Shown in pieces: positions 18,793-26,988 of a stretch of 64,000 nucleotides of DNA. Made by a program: the position numbers and the translations under genes. Positions within the stretch are counted from its first letter, which is position 1. Every line of letters starts with the position of its first letter. The stretch is from NCBI GenBank assembly GCA_036403155.1, contig DASWRM010000045.1, forward strand, positions 44,062 through 108,061, read 5' to 3'. Under the pieces are notes generated by a model. It had not been told where the DNA came from. It did no database searches and saw only the letters and a program-made list of their open reading frames with translations. This stretch comes from Gaiellales bacterium (GTDB taxonomy: Bacteria > Actinomycetota > Thermoleophilia > Gaiellales > JAICJC01).

Positions 18793-19500
18793 GTGGCTGG
18801 ATCGACCGTGCTCGTCGTGGATGACGAGCCCCGCATCGTGGAGTTTCTCGAGGAGAATCTCCGGGCCGACGACTATTCCGTCCTGACGGCGACGGACGGC
18901 GAGCAGGCGATCGACCTGCTCGCCCGCACCCGCCCCGACCTGATGCTGTTGGACGTGGTGCTGCCGGGGATGAGCGGCATCGAGGTGTGCAAGCGCGTCC
19001 GCGGAGGTGCCTCGGTGAACGACCCGTGGGACCCGGATCTCCCGATCATCATGCTCAGCGCAAAGGCCGAGCACACGGACCGCGTCCGCGGGCTCTCGCG
19101 CGGAGCGGACGACTACGTCACCAAGCCGTTCCACTACCCGGAGTTGCTCGTGCGGATCGCAGGGCTGATCAAGCGCGCCAACCGAACGGACGACCGCCAC
19201 AAGCTGATCGTGGGCGAGCTGGTGGTGAACACCCTCTCGAAGGAGGTCACCGTCGGCGGGATCGCCATACCGGTGTCGGTGAAGGAGTTTCAGCTGCTCT
19301 CCACGCTCGCGGCGGAGCCGGAGCGCGTGTTCTCGAAGCAGGAGCTGCTGCAGCAGGTGTGGGGCTTCAAGTCGCCCGGACGCACCCGGACGCTCGACTC
19401 GCACGCGAGCCGGCTGCGGCAGAAGCTCTCCGCCGCCTCCGACCGGCCGTGGATCGTGAACACGTGGGGGCACGGCTACCGGATCTGCACGCCTGAATGA
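18793..19500 (+). CDS. OmpR-family response regulator
   Basis: The receiver domain has VLVVDDEP and the phospho-acceptor context LMLLDVVLPGMSG. The C-terminus is a winged helix (RTLDSHASRLRQKL..WGHGYRI). A GGAG..GGAG RBS precedes the GTG. Confidence 0.9.
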   Translation: MAGSTVLVVDDEPRIVEFLEENLRADDYSVLTATDGEQAIDLLARTRPDLMLLDVVLPGMSGIEVCKRVRGGASVNDPWDPDLPIIMLSAKAEHTDRVRGLSRGADDYVTKPFHYPELLVRIAGLIKRANRTDDRHKLIVGELVVNTLSKEVTVGGIAIPVSVKEFQLLSTLAAEPERVFSKQELLQQVWGFKSPGRTRTLDSHASRLRQKLSAASDRPWIVNTWGHGYRICTPE

Positions 19501-20489
19501 CGTCCACCGGTTACTGGCTCCGCCTGGCGACGCCATTCGCCACCATCGTCGCCGCGGTGGCGGCGATCGCATCGTTCCTCGACGACCCCGAGCTGCTCGC
19601 CGTCGTGGCCGGGGTCGCGCTCGCCGCCACGATGCTGGCGAGCGCGATCCAGGCACGGCGCGTGACGACACTGGTGCAGGAGGTCGGCGCTTTCGCGGAT
19701 CTGGTTTCGGCCGGCGAGTACGGCGCGCGCGTCGCGCCTCCGGGCATCCCGGAGATCGACGCGCTGGCCGACAGCGTCAACGCGATGGCGGCGCGGCTGG
19801 CCCGCGAGGGGCACGCGCGGGCAAGCTTCATCGGCAAGGTGTCGCACGAGCTGCGCACGCCCCTGACGGTGATCAAGGGATACGTCTACACGCTGCGCAG
19901 AGGCGAGGACGATGCTGAGAAGGCGGCGAAGCTCGACGTCATCAACGGCGAGTGCGAGCGCCTCGCCTATCTCGTCGAAGACCTGCTGGAGCTGTCCCGT
20001 GCCCAGGCGGGCGAGCTTCGCATCACGGCAGACACGTTTCCTCTGCGCGACTGCGTCGAGGAGGTTGCCGAACGGCTGCAGGGCATGGCGGCGCAGAGGA
20101 GTGTGTCCATCGCGCTCGACTGGCGCGGCAACGGATCGCTCGTCATGGGGGATGAGAACCGCATGCGCCAGGTCTTCGCCAACCTGCTGACGAACGGCAT
20201 CAAGTACGCCCCGCCGGGGACGGAGGTGCGCGTCGACGGCGATACGACCGGAGACCACCTTGCCGTGTCGGTCTCCGACGCGGGCCGCGGGATCGCGCCC
20301 GAGGCGCTACCGCGGATCTTCGATGAGTTCTATCAGGCCCCCGATGGGTCGCTGCCCGGCGCAGGACTCGGCCTCGCCGTCGTGCGTGAGCTGGTCGAGG
20401 CGCATGGCGGAGATCTGCAGGTCGAGAGCGAGGTCGGGAACGGCACCCGGTTCACCGTCCTCCTGCCGGCGTGGGAGCAGACGACGTGA
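19497..20489 (+). CDS. sensor histidine kinase (two TM segments, HAMP-like, HisKA, HATPase)
   Basis: H-box SHELRTPLTVIKGY, N-box NLLTNGIKYAP, G-boxes DAGRGI and GAGLGLAVV. Its start overlaps the stop of the response-regulator gene. Confidence 0.9.
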   Translation: MTSTGYWLRLATPFATIVAAVAAIASFLDDPELLAVVAGVALAATMLASAIQARRVTTLVQEVGAFADLVSAGEYGARVAPPGIPEIDALADSVNAMAARLAREGHARASFIGKVSHELRTPLTVIKGYVYTLRRGEDDAEKAAKLDVINGECERLAYLVEDLLELSRAQAGELRITADTFPLRDCVEEVAERLQGMAAQRSVSIALDWRGNGSLVMGDENRMRQVFANLLTNGIKYAPPGTEVRVDGDTTGDHLAVSVSDAGRGIAPEALPRIFDEFYQAPDGSLPGAGLGLAVVRELVEAHGGDLQVESEVGNGTRFTVLLPAWEQTT

Positions 20490-21241
20490 GCGCCGTCCCC
20501 GCGCCCCGCCGGCTGCGCCTTGCGCACCTGGAGGAGGTGCCGCCGGTCACGATCACTCTCGACGAGACGGACGGCGCCGTCAGCTCGGACACGCTCGTGC
20601 TGGTACGCCCGACACGCGGCTGGCCGGTGCTCCCGCCGGCCACGGCCGCACGTACCCGAACCGTGGCGGTTCAGCTGTGCTTGCCCGGTATCGCGGGTCG
20701 CTACGTTCGCCGCATCGCGGCCGCCGCTGCGGCGACCGGGTGGAAGATCGACCAGCTCGCGGCACTGGTGGGCGAGCTCGAGCGGCGATGCTCCTACGTG
20801 CTAGCCGCGCCCGCTCCCGTGCGGGTCGGCCCCCCGGGGAGACGCGGCATACGCGGCACGACGGAGGCGGTGGCGTGGCACGGGGGACGCTGGACGCGCG
20901 GAGGACGTACAACGGATGCCTTCCGCCACTTGACACAGACGGCCCGCGCGCGGGGAGATACCGCCGCTGCAGCAGCGTCCGGTCATCGCCTGCCGCGCAT
21001 TGCGCGTCGGCTGCTCGAGGTGCTCGAAGCTGAAAACGTGCACGCGAGGATCGGCTCGACCGGCGTCGCGGCGGAGCTGCGCTGCACATGGGCTGTCGAG
21101 GCGTTCGCCTGCCCAAGGATCACCTCCGATCACCTGCTCGCACTGCGGGATCGCTTCGCGGCCGCGCCACGGTGCGACTGGTGCGGCGTCCCGGTGGTCG
21201 GCAGGTCCTGCCGCCGATGCGTGCCCGGGGACCCGGCGTGA
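20486..21241 (+). CDS. hypothetical protein with a C-terminal CxxC..CxxC zinc-ribbon-like motif
   Basis: It has GTGA overlaps at both ends (kinase stop and cpaB start). The C-terminus is CDWCGVPVVGRSCRRC. I recognise no family. Confidence 0.45.
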   Translation: MSAVPAPRRLRLAHLEEVPPVTITLDETDGAVSSDTLVLVRPTRGWPVLPPATAARTRTVAVQLCLPGIAGRYVRRIAAAAAATGWKIDQLAALVGELERRCSYVLAAPAPVRVGPPGRRGIRGTTEAVAWHGGRWTRGGRTTDAFRHLTQTARARGDTAAAAASGHRLPRIARRLLEVLEAENVHARIGSTGVAAELRCTWAVEAFACPRITSDHLLALRDRFAAAPRCDWCGVPVVGRSCRRCVPGDPA

Positions 21242-21822
21242 GCCGCCATCGGCGACGAAGCGTGGCGCTTGGCGCTCTGGCAGCCATCCTCCTGGTCTTC
21301 ACGCTGATCGGCGGCGGCGGCCATGCGGCTGCACCTCCACCGGCGATGCGCCAGGTCGTCCAGCTCCGGAGGGCGGTCGATGCAGGCCAGCGGATCTCTG
21401 CCGCAGACCTCAGCCTCGCGGAGGTGCCGGCAGCATGGGCGGACGTGCACCAGCTGAGCGATCCCGCTTCCGTGGTGGGACGCCGGGCCGCGATCGCCAT
21501 GCCCGCCGGATCGCCCGTCATGGACGCGGAAGTGGCGCAAGCGCCCGAGCTTCGTGCGAGCCGGGACGTGACCCTGCGCCTCGACGATGCCGCCGGGCTG
21601 CCCCTGGACCCGCCCGACGGCGCGACCGGCGACGTGTACCTCGTCGAACCGGGGCGCAATCCGCGCGTGCGGCTCGTCCTCAGCGACGCCTTCATCGTGG
21701 CGTCGAACCGGCAGGACGGAGCGACGACCGTGACGGTTCGGGTGGCGCCGGCCGAGGTAGCCGCGCTGATCTCCGCGGAGTCCAGCGGGAGCCTTCGGCT
21801 CGCCGGTCGGAGCACGCCGTGA
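21238..21822 (+). CDS. cpaB: Flp pilus assembly protein CpaB/RcpC-like (SAF domain)
   Basis: N-terminal TM anchor (SVALGALAAILLVFTLIGG), then a SAF-like segment (VVQLRRAVDAGQRISAADLSLAEVP) and a beta-rich C-domain. Confidence 0.65.
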   Translation: MSRHRRRSVALGALAAILLVFTLIGGGGHAAAPPPAMRQVVQLRRAVDAGQRISAADLSLAEVPAAWADVHQLSDPASVVGRRAAIAMPAGSPVMDAEVAQAPELRASRDVTLRLDDAAGLPLDPPDGATGDVYLVEPGRNPRVRLVLSDAFIVASNRQDGATTVTVRVAPAEVAALISAESSGSLRLAGRSTP

Positions 21823-22877
21823 CGCCCGAGCGTCGCTGTCTGATCGTGGGATCCGACGCGGCCGTGACCGCCTCGGTCGCCGCGGCGGTCGAGGCGGCCC
21901 GGGGATTGACGGCGGCGGGTACCCAGGAGCCGGCGGCCGCGCTGTCGGGCGTGCGGCCGGCCTGCGATGCGATCCTTCTGTGTGACGGCCCGGGCCGGCC
22001 GGCGCTCGAGATCGCTGGTGCGCTGCTCCGTGGCGGTGCGGCCCAGCCGGTGATCCTGCTCAGCCGCTCCGTGGATCTCGGCGGCTATCGGGCCGCGCTG
22101 GCGGTCGGCGCCCGCGGCCTGCTTCCGCTGCCGCCCGACCCGGACGACCTGCGCTCCGCTGTCATCGACGCCGGCGAGCTGCCCGGCTCGAGTGAGGCGC
22201 CACGGCGGTCCGGCAGGGCCGTTGCGGTCTGCTCGGTGAAGGGTGGTTGCGGCGCCAGCTCGGTCTCCCTGTCGCTCGCCTCGGCTGCACACGGGCTGCT
22301 GGTCGACCTCGCAGGCGGGTTCGACGATGCCGCAAGCCGCCTGCGATGCGAGCCGCGGCGAACGCTTGCGGACGTGGCGGGACTCGAGGACGCCCTCGGC
22401 GGGGACGCGCTGCGCTCGCTGATCTGCCGCCACCCGAGCGGCCTCGGTCTGGTTGCCCGGCCGCCGTCGTCTGCAACCGCAGCCGTCGTCTCCCCGGTGC
22501 TCGGCCGCGCGCTCGTGCGCGAGTGCCGCCTCGCCGCCGGCCTCGCCGCCTTCGACCTCGGCGTCGCGGGAGGCGACATGGTCGCCGCCGTGTCGCCCGC
22601 CGCGGACCTGGTCCTGATCGTTACGACACCCGATCCGCACTCGGTCGCCTGTGCGTCGCGCGTCGTGCGATGGCTCGACGGTGTCGGCGTCCCGGGCCCA
22701 TCCCAGAGCCTCGTCGTGAACCGCTGGTCGAAGTCGGCGGACTTGACGCTGCGAGGCATCGAACGCCGGGTGGGAGTGCCGCTTGCTGCAGTCGTTCGTG
22801 ACGGCGAGCTCACCGCCGAGCGCCGCTGCGAGTCAAGCTCCTTGCGCGCGCTCGCCGCCGAGCTGGAGGAGGGGTGA
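21819..22877 (+). CDS. cpaE: CpaE/TadZ-like pilus localisation protein (receiver-like N-domain plus ParA/MinD-like domain)
   Basis: The N-domain resembles a receiver. The ParA-like domain has a deviant P-loop, AVCSVKGGCGASSVSLSLA. GTGA overlaps on both sides. Confidence 0.65.
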   Translation: MTPERRCLIVGSDAAVTASVAAAVEAARGLTAAGTQEPAAALSGVRPACDAILLCDGPGRPALEIAGALLRGGAAQPVILLSRSVDLGGYRAALAVGARGLLPLPPDPDDLRSAVIDAGELPGSSEAPRRSGRAVAVCSVKGGCGASSVSLSLASAAHGLLVDLAGGFDDAASRLRCEPRRTLADVAGLEDALGGDALRSLICRHPSGLGLVARPPSSATAAVVSPVLGRALVRECRLAAGLAAFDLGVAGGDMVAAVSPAADLVLIVTTPDPHSVACASRVVRWLDGVGVPGPSQSLVVNRWSKSADLTLRGIERRVGVPLAAVVRDGELTAERRCESSSLRALAAELEEG

Positions 22878-24016
22878 CCGACCCCGCTCCGCTCGTTGCG
22901 CGGTATCGCGACCGCGTCCGGCGTGAGGTGCTCGAGCACGGGACCGCCGGCGACCCCCGCGTCGCGCTCACTGCTCGCGCCCGCGAGCTGCTCCGCGCGG
23001 AGGTGCTCCCGCCCGGCGAGGTCGACCGTGTCGTCGAGGCGATGCTCGATGACGCCCTGGGTGCGGGGCCGCTGGAATCGTTGATGCGCGATCCGGAGGT
23101 GACGGAGGTGATCGTCAACGGCCCAGCGGACGTGTATGCAGAGCGCCGCGGCACCCTCCGCCGTGAATCGGTTCGGTTCGAGGAAGCGGCTCACCTGCGG
23201 CGCGTGATCGAACGCATCGTCAGCGCCGTCGGTCGACGGGTCGACGAGTCGAGTCCGATGGTCGACGCCCGCCTGCCCGACGGCAGCCGTGTCAACGCCG
23301 TCATCCCGCCCGTCGCGATCGACGGCCCGCTCCTGACCGTTCGCCGCTTCGCTGCGGGCGGCCTGGGCATCGACCAGCTGATCGCGGGCGGCTCGCTCAC
23401 CCCGGCGCAGGCTGAGCTGCTAGGAGGCTGCATCCGCGGCCGCCTGAATGTTGTTGTCAGTGGAGGCACCGGAACGGGTAAGACCACGCTGCTGAACGCG
23501 CTGGCCGCCTTCGTCGGACGTGACGAGCGGATCGTGACCGTGGAGGATGCCGCTGAGCTTCGCCTCGCGCAGCCCCATGTCGCCCGCCTGGAGACGCGGC
23601 CGCCGAATGTCGAGGGCCGGGGCGCCGTCGACCTGCGCGCGCTGGTGCGAAACGCGCTTCGGATGCGCCCCGATCGCATCATCGTCGGCGAGGTTCGCGG
23701 GCCGGAGGCGCTCGACATGCTCCAGGCCATGAACACCGGGCACGACGGATCGCTGACGACCGTGCACGCCTCGTCCCCGGGCGACGCCCTGCGACGGATC
23801 GAGACGATGATGCTCATGGCCGGTCTGGAACTGCCGCATGCGGCGGCTCGAGAGCAGGTGGCGGCGGCAGTCGACGTCGTCGTGCAGGTCATCCGCTCAG
23901 CCGACGGCCACCGATCGGTGCGGGCGGTCGAGGGCCAGGATCGGGAGGCGGGTGGCCTGCGCGCGCTGGACGCGGCGCTGCTGGCCGATCTGTGGAGCCG
24001 GCGTTGCGGCCGCTGA
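22874..24016 (+). CDS. cpaF: CpaF/TadA secretion ATPase
   Basis: Walker A VVSGGTGTGKTTLLNAL, Asp box/Walker B RIVTVEDAAEL, and His box RPDRIIVGEVRGPEALDMLQAMNTGHDGSLTTVHA. Confidence 0.9.
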   Translation: MTDPAPLVARYRDRVRREVLEHGTAGDPRVALTARARELLRAEVLPPGEVDRVVEAMLDDALGAGPLESLMRDPEVTEVIVNGPADVYAERRGTLRRESVRFEEAAHLRRVIERIVSAVGRRVDESSPMVDARLPDGSRVNAVIPPVAIDGPLLTVRRFAAGGLGIDQLIAGGSLTPAQAELLGGCIRGRLNVVVSGGTGTGKTTLLNALAAFVGRDERIVTVEDAAELRLAQPHVARLETRPPNVEGRGAVDLRALVRNALRMRPDRIIVGEVRGPEALDMLQAMNTGHDGSLTTVHASSPGDALRRIETMMLMAGLELPHAAAREQVAAAVDVVVQVIRSADGHRSVRAVEGQDREAGGLRALDAALLADLWSRRCGR

Positions 24017-24564
24017 CGGCCCTGCGCGCGCGCCGGCGCGAGCGCGTACTGGCGGATCAGATGCACCTGTTCGTCGCCGAGATGGGTGCGCATGTGCGGG
24101 CCGGTCGGACGCTGGCGCAGGCGCTCGGCGAGGTGGCCGATGACCTTCCCGAGCCGATCTGCTCGGCGGTGCGGTCGGCCGATGCGGCGATGCTGCTGGG
24201 AGCGCCTCCCGCCGAGGCGCTCGCGCTGGTGGGAGGAGAGTCGGCGGGAGTCGTGGCGGCCGCCGTCAGCGCACAGCTTCGCGCCGGAGGCGACCTGGCT
24301 TCGCTGCTCGACGGCCTCGCCGAGACGCTCCTCGAGCGGGAGGCGCAGCGGCGTGCCGCAGCCGTGCTGACGGCGCAGGCGCGCGCCACTGGGCGGATGG
24401 TCGCTGCCATGCCGGTCGTCGCAGTCGGCGGCCTGGCGGTGATCGACCGTGCTGCGTTCGCCGCCCTGGTCGCTTCGCCGGTCGGAGTTGCCGCCGTCCT
24501 CGTGTCGGGCGGGCTCACGGCCGCCGGCCTCGTGATCGTCCGGCGGATGGCGGCGGTCGCGTGA
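23992..24564 (+). CDS. tadB: TadB-like (T2SS F-domain) membrane protein, short form
   Basis: T2SSF-like helical domain followed by C-terminal TM segments. The call also rests on its position after cpaF. The start is ambiguous (GTG 23992 or TTG 24004). Confidence 0.6.
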   Translation: MEPALRPLTALRARRRERVLADQMHLFVAEMGAHVRAGRTLAQALGEVADDLPEPICSAVRSADAAMLLGAPPAEALALVGGESAGVVAAAVSAQLRAGGDLASLLDGLAETLLEREAQRRAAAVLTAQARATGRMVAAMPVVAVGGLAVIDRAAFAALVASPVGVAAVLVSGGLTAAGLVIVRRMAAVA

Positions 24565-25436
24565 TGCTGCGCGCAGCGCTCGCCGTCGCGACTGTTGCTG
24601 CAGCGGTCGAGGCGCGGCGCGCGTGGCGTCGCGACACCGAGCTGAACGGGCGCGACCAGCCGAGCGCCACGCGCTGGCTCGACCTGCTTCGCGGAGTGGG
24701 GCGGCCCATCGGGCGGGCCGGCCTCCGGATTCCCCCGCCACCATGGTTGGGCCATCGTCCGGGGCTCGAGCCAACGGGCTCCGACGGTGGCGGGGAGCGC
24801 GAGCTTCGAGAGGCGCGCGTGGGCGCCGTCGTGGTGTTCGGGTGCTCGGGGCTCGTCGCGGCCATGGTCACGGCCTCCGCCGTCGGCCTCGCCGCGGCGC
24901 TCGCATGCCTCGGGTTCGGCTGGGTGTTCCCGGACCTGTGGGTGCGGGCAGCCGCCCGCGCGCGTGCGGACGAGATCGAGCGGGAGGCGCCACTCGCGCT
25001 CGACCTGATCGCATCCGCCGTTGCGGCGGGCATCTCGATCGACGATGCCATGGCGCTCGCTGCCGAGGTCGCGTCCGGGCCGCTGCGCGCCGAGCTCGAA
25101 GCCGCGCTTGCGAACCTGCGGCTGGGGCACCGCCGGCACGCCGAGCTGACCGACCTCGCCACCCGCACCGCCTCACCGTCGCTCCGGCGACTTGCATCCG
25201 CACTGCGCACGAGCGACCGTCTCGGGGTGCCCCTCGCAGCCGGCCTTCGGCGGCAGGCCTCCCGCGCCCGGGCGGAGGAGTCGCGACGCACGCAGGAGCG
25301 CGCGGCCCGGGCCGCGCCGCGGATCCTGCTGGTGGTCGTGTTCGTGCTGGTGCCGGCGGCGGTGCTCCCCGTCATGACCGCGCTTGCGCTCGTTGCGGCG
25401 CACTCGGTTGGTCCGGTCATCGGTGGATCACCGTGA
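24561..25436 (+). CDS. tadC: TadC-like (T2SS F-domain) membrane protein
   Basis: GTGA overlap with tadB. T2SSF-like region (PLALDLIASAVAAGISIDDAMALAA ... LRTSDRLGVPLAAGLRRQA) flanked by TM segments. Confidence 0.65.
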   Translation: MMLRAALAVATVAAAVEARRAWRRDTELNGRDQPSATRWLDLLRGVGRPIGRAGLRIPPPPWLGHRPGLEPTGSDGGGERELREARVGAVVVFGCSGLVAAMVTASAVGLAAALACLGFGWVFPDLWVRAAARARADEIEREAPLALDLIASAVAAGISIDDAMALAAEVASGPLRAELEAALANLRLGHRRHAELTDLATRTASPSLRRLASALRTSDRLGVPLAAGLRRQASRARAEESRRTQERAARAAPRILLVVVFVLVPAAVLPVMTALALVAAHSVGPVIGGSP

Positions 25437-25493
25437 CGGTTCCGTCACAGCCCGGCACGCCCGTGTGACCGAACGCCGCGTAGCGTCGTCACC

Positions 25494-26006
25494 GTGGAAC
25501 GGGCACAGGCGACGATCGAGTACACCGCGCTGGTGGCGCTTGCGCTTGTGGCCACATGCGCCCTCGTGCGGTTCGCGACGCCAGTCGAGCAGCTGGCGCT
25601 CGGCGTGCTCCATTCGATCGTGCCGCGAGCGCACCACGCACCGCCGGTACGGGTGCCGGCGCCACGCGGGCACGCTTCCCGGCGCCCGGCGACGCATCCC
25701 TGCCTGTGCCCCTCGCGCGATCCAGCTCAGTCCGGCGAAAGCACGCGTGCGGCGCCGTCCACGACGAGCGTGTCGCCAACCCAGGCGGTTGTCGCGAGCG
25801 TGAGCCGGTTTCGCCCGCTGACGTCCGTCACCTCGACGGCGCAGCGCACCTCGTCGCCGATCCGGACGGGCGCCCGGAACCTCAGCTCCTGGCTCAGGTA
25901 CACCGTCCCCGGACCGGGCAGCTCGTTCGCCAGGAGTGACGAGATGATGCCGCCGATCAGCAGCCCGTGGGCGACGCGCCCGCCGAAGCGTGTGGCCGCC
26001 GCGTAG
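25494..26006 (+). CDS. Flp/TadE-like N-terminus; the 3' end is unresolved (the ORF runs antisense into the MaoC gene)
   Basis: VERAQATIEYTALVALALVATCALV resembles the Flp/TadE xxxxEY-plus-hydrophobic-helix motif. It sits where flp sits in actinobacterial tad loci. There is no stop codon before 26006, and from 25727 onward the ORF overlaps a well-supported gene on the other strand. Confidence 0.3.
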   Translation: MERAQATIEYTALVALALVATCALVRFATPVEQLALGVLHSIVPRAHHAPPVRVPAPRGHASRRPATHPCLCPSRDPAQSGESTRAAPSTTSVSPTQAVVASVSRFRPLTSVTSTAQRTSSPIRTGARNLSSWLRYTVPGPGSSFARSDEMMPPISSPWATRPPKRVAAA

Positions 26007-26149
26007 GCCTCGTCGAAGTGGATCGGGTTGCGGTCGCCAGTTGCGTCCGCGAAGTGCTCGAGCATGTGCTCGGTCACGGTGATCGTCGTTTCCGCCCGGT
26101 CGCCCACCGCCAGGCTCACATGTACAGCCCTCCGTTGATGTTCAGACAT
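25727..26149 (-). CDS. MaoC-like (R)-specific enoyl-CoA hydratase / dehydratase
   Basis: Hot-dog fold signature FADATGDRNPIHFDEAYA. The start is ambiguous: ATG 26149, or GTG 26119, which forms a GTGA overlap with the FabG stop. Confidence 0.8.
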   Translation of the reverse strand: MSEHQRRAVHVSLAVGDRAETTITVTEHMLEHFADATGDRNPIHFDEAYAAATRFGGRVAHGLLIGGIISSLLANELPGPGTVYLSQELRFRAPVRIGDEVRCAVEVTDVSGRNRLTLATTAWVGDTLVVDGAARVLSPD

Positions 26150-26859
26150 GCGCCGGTGATGTAGTCGCCGTCGCGCACCAGGTACTCGACGCCCTTGGCC
26201 ACCTCGTCGGCATCGCCGAAGCGGCCGGCCGGGATCCGCGCCAGAAGCCGTTCCAGCACGTGCTCGGGCACACCGCGCAGCATGTCGGTGTCGACGAACC
26301 CGGGACACACGCAGTTCACCGTGACGCCGTGGCGGGCCACCTCGAGCGCGAGCGTCTTCGTCCAGCCGATCAGGCCGGCCTTGCTCGCCGAGTAGTTGCT
26401 CTGGCCGAAGTTGCCCAGCTGGCCGACGAAGCTCGAGATCGTAATTACGCGGCCGAATCCCCGCTCACACATCCCGTCGATCAGCGCCCTGGTGACCCGG
26501 TGCGTTCCGATCAGGTTCGTCTCGATCACGTCGGTGAACTGCTCGTCCGTCATGCGCCGAATCGTCGCATCGGCCGTGATGCCAGCGTTGTTGACGAGCA
26601 CGTCGACGCGCCCGAACCGCTCCATCGTCCGGTCATGGAGCGCCCGCGCCGTCTCTGCGTCGGCAATCGAGCCGGGGACGACGAGGGCATCGCCGCCCCG
26701 TTCCCGGACGCGGTCGGCGAGCGCGTCCGCCTCGGCGACCGAACTGCGGCAGTTGATGACGACCGTTGAGCCGGCCCCGGCCAGGCGCTCCACGACGGCG
26801 CGCCCGATTCCGCGGCTGCTGCCGGTGACCACACAGACCAGCTGGTGCATCTCGGCCAT
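26116..26859 (-). CDS. fabG: SDR-family 3-oxoacyl-ACP / acetoacetyl-CoA reductase
   Basis: TGSSRGIGRA, NNAGI, and the catalytic YSASK. Confidence 0.85.
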   Translation of the reverse strand: MAEMHQLVCVVTGSSRGIGRAVVERLAGAGSTVVINCRSSVAEADALADRVRERGGDALVVPGSIADAETARALHDRTMERFGRVDVLVNNAGITADATIRRMTDEQFTDVIETNLIGTHRVTRALIDGMCERGFGRVITISSFVGQLGNFGQSNYSASKAGLIGWTKTLALEVARHGVTVNCVCPGFVDTDMLRGVPEHVLERLLARIPAGRFGDADEVAKGVEYLVRDGDYITGACLNINGGLYM

Positions 26860-26988
26860 GGCCGATTGTCGCCCAGCGGCGCCCGCATGTCGTCTAGCAG
26901 GTCGCTTTCGACAGTTAAGCGGTTGCCGTCCTCAATCAGCCGCCCGTGCGGACGATTGACACGGGGGCGTTCCCCCGCGCCGCCGCCC

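Noticed and set aside
22280-22330. The degenerate Walker A in the CpaE/TadZ-like protein (KGGCGAS instead of KGGxGKT/S), as a sign of a novel inactive ATPase.
   Set aside because: As far as I recall, atypical P-loops lacking the GK[ST] lysine are characteristic of the TadZ/CpaE family, so this is probably family-typical rather than unusual.
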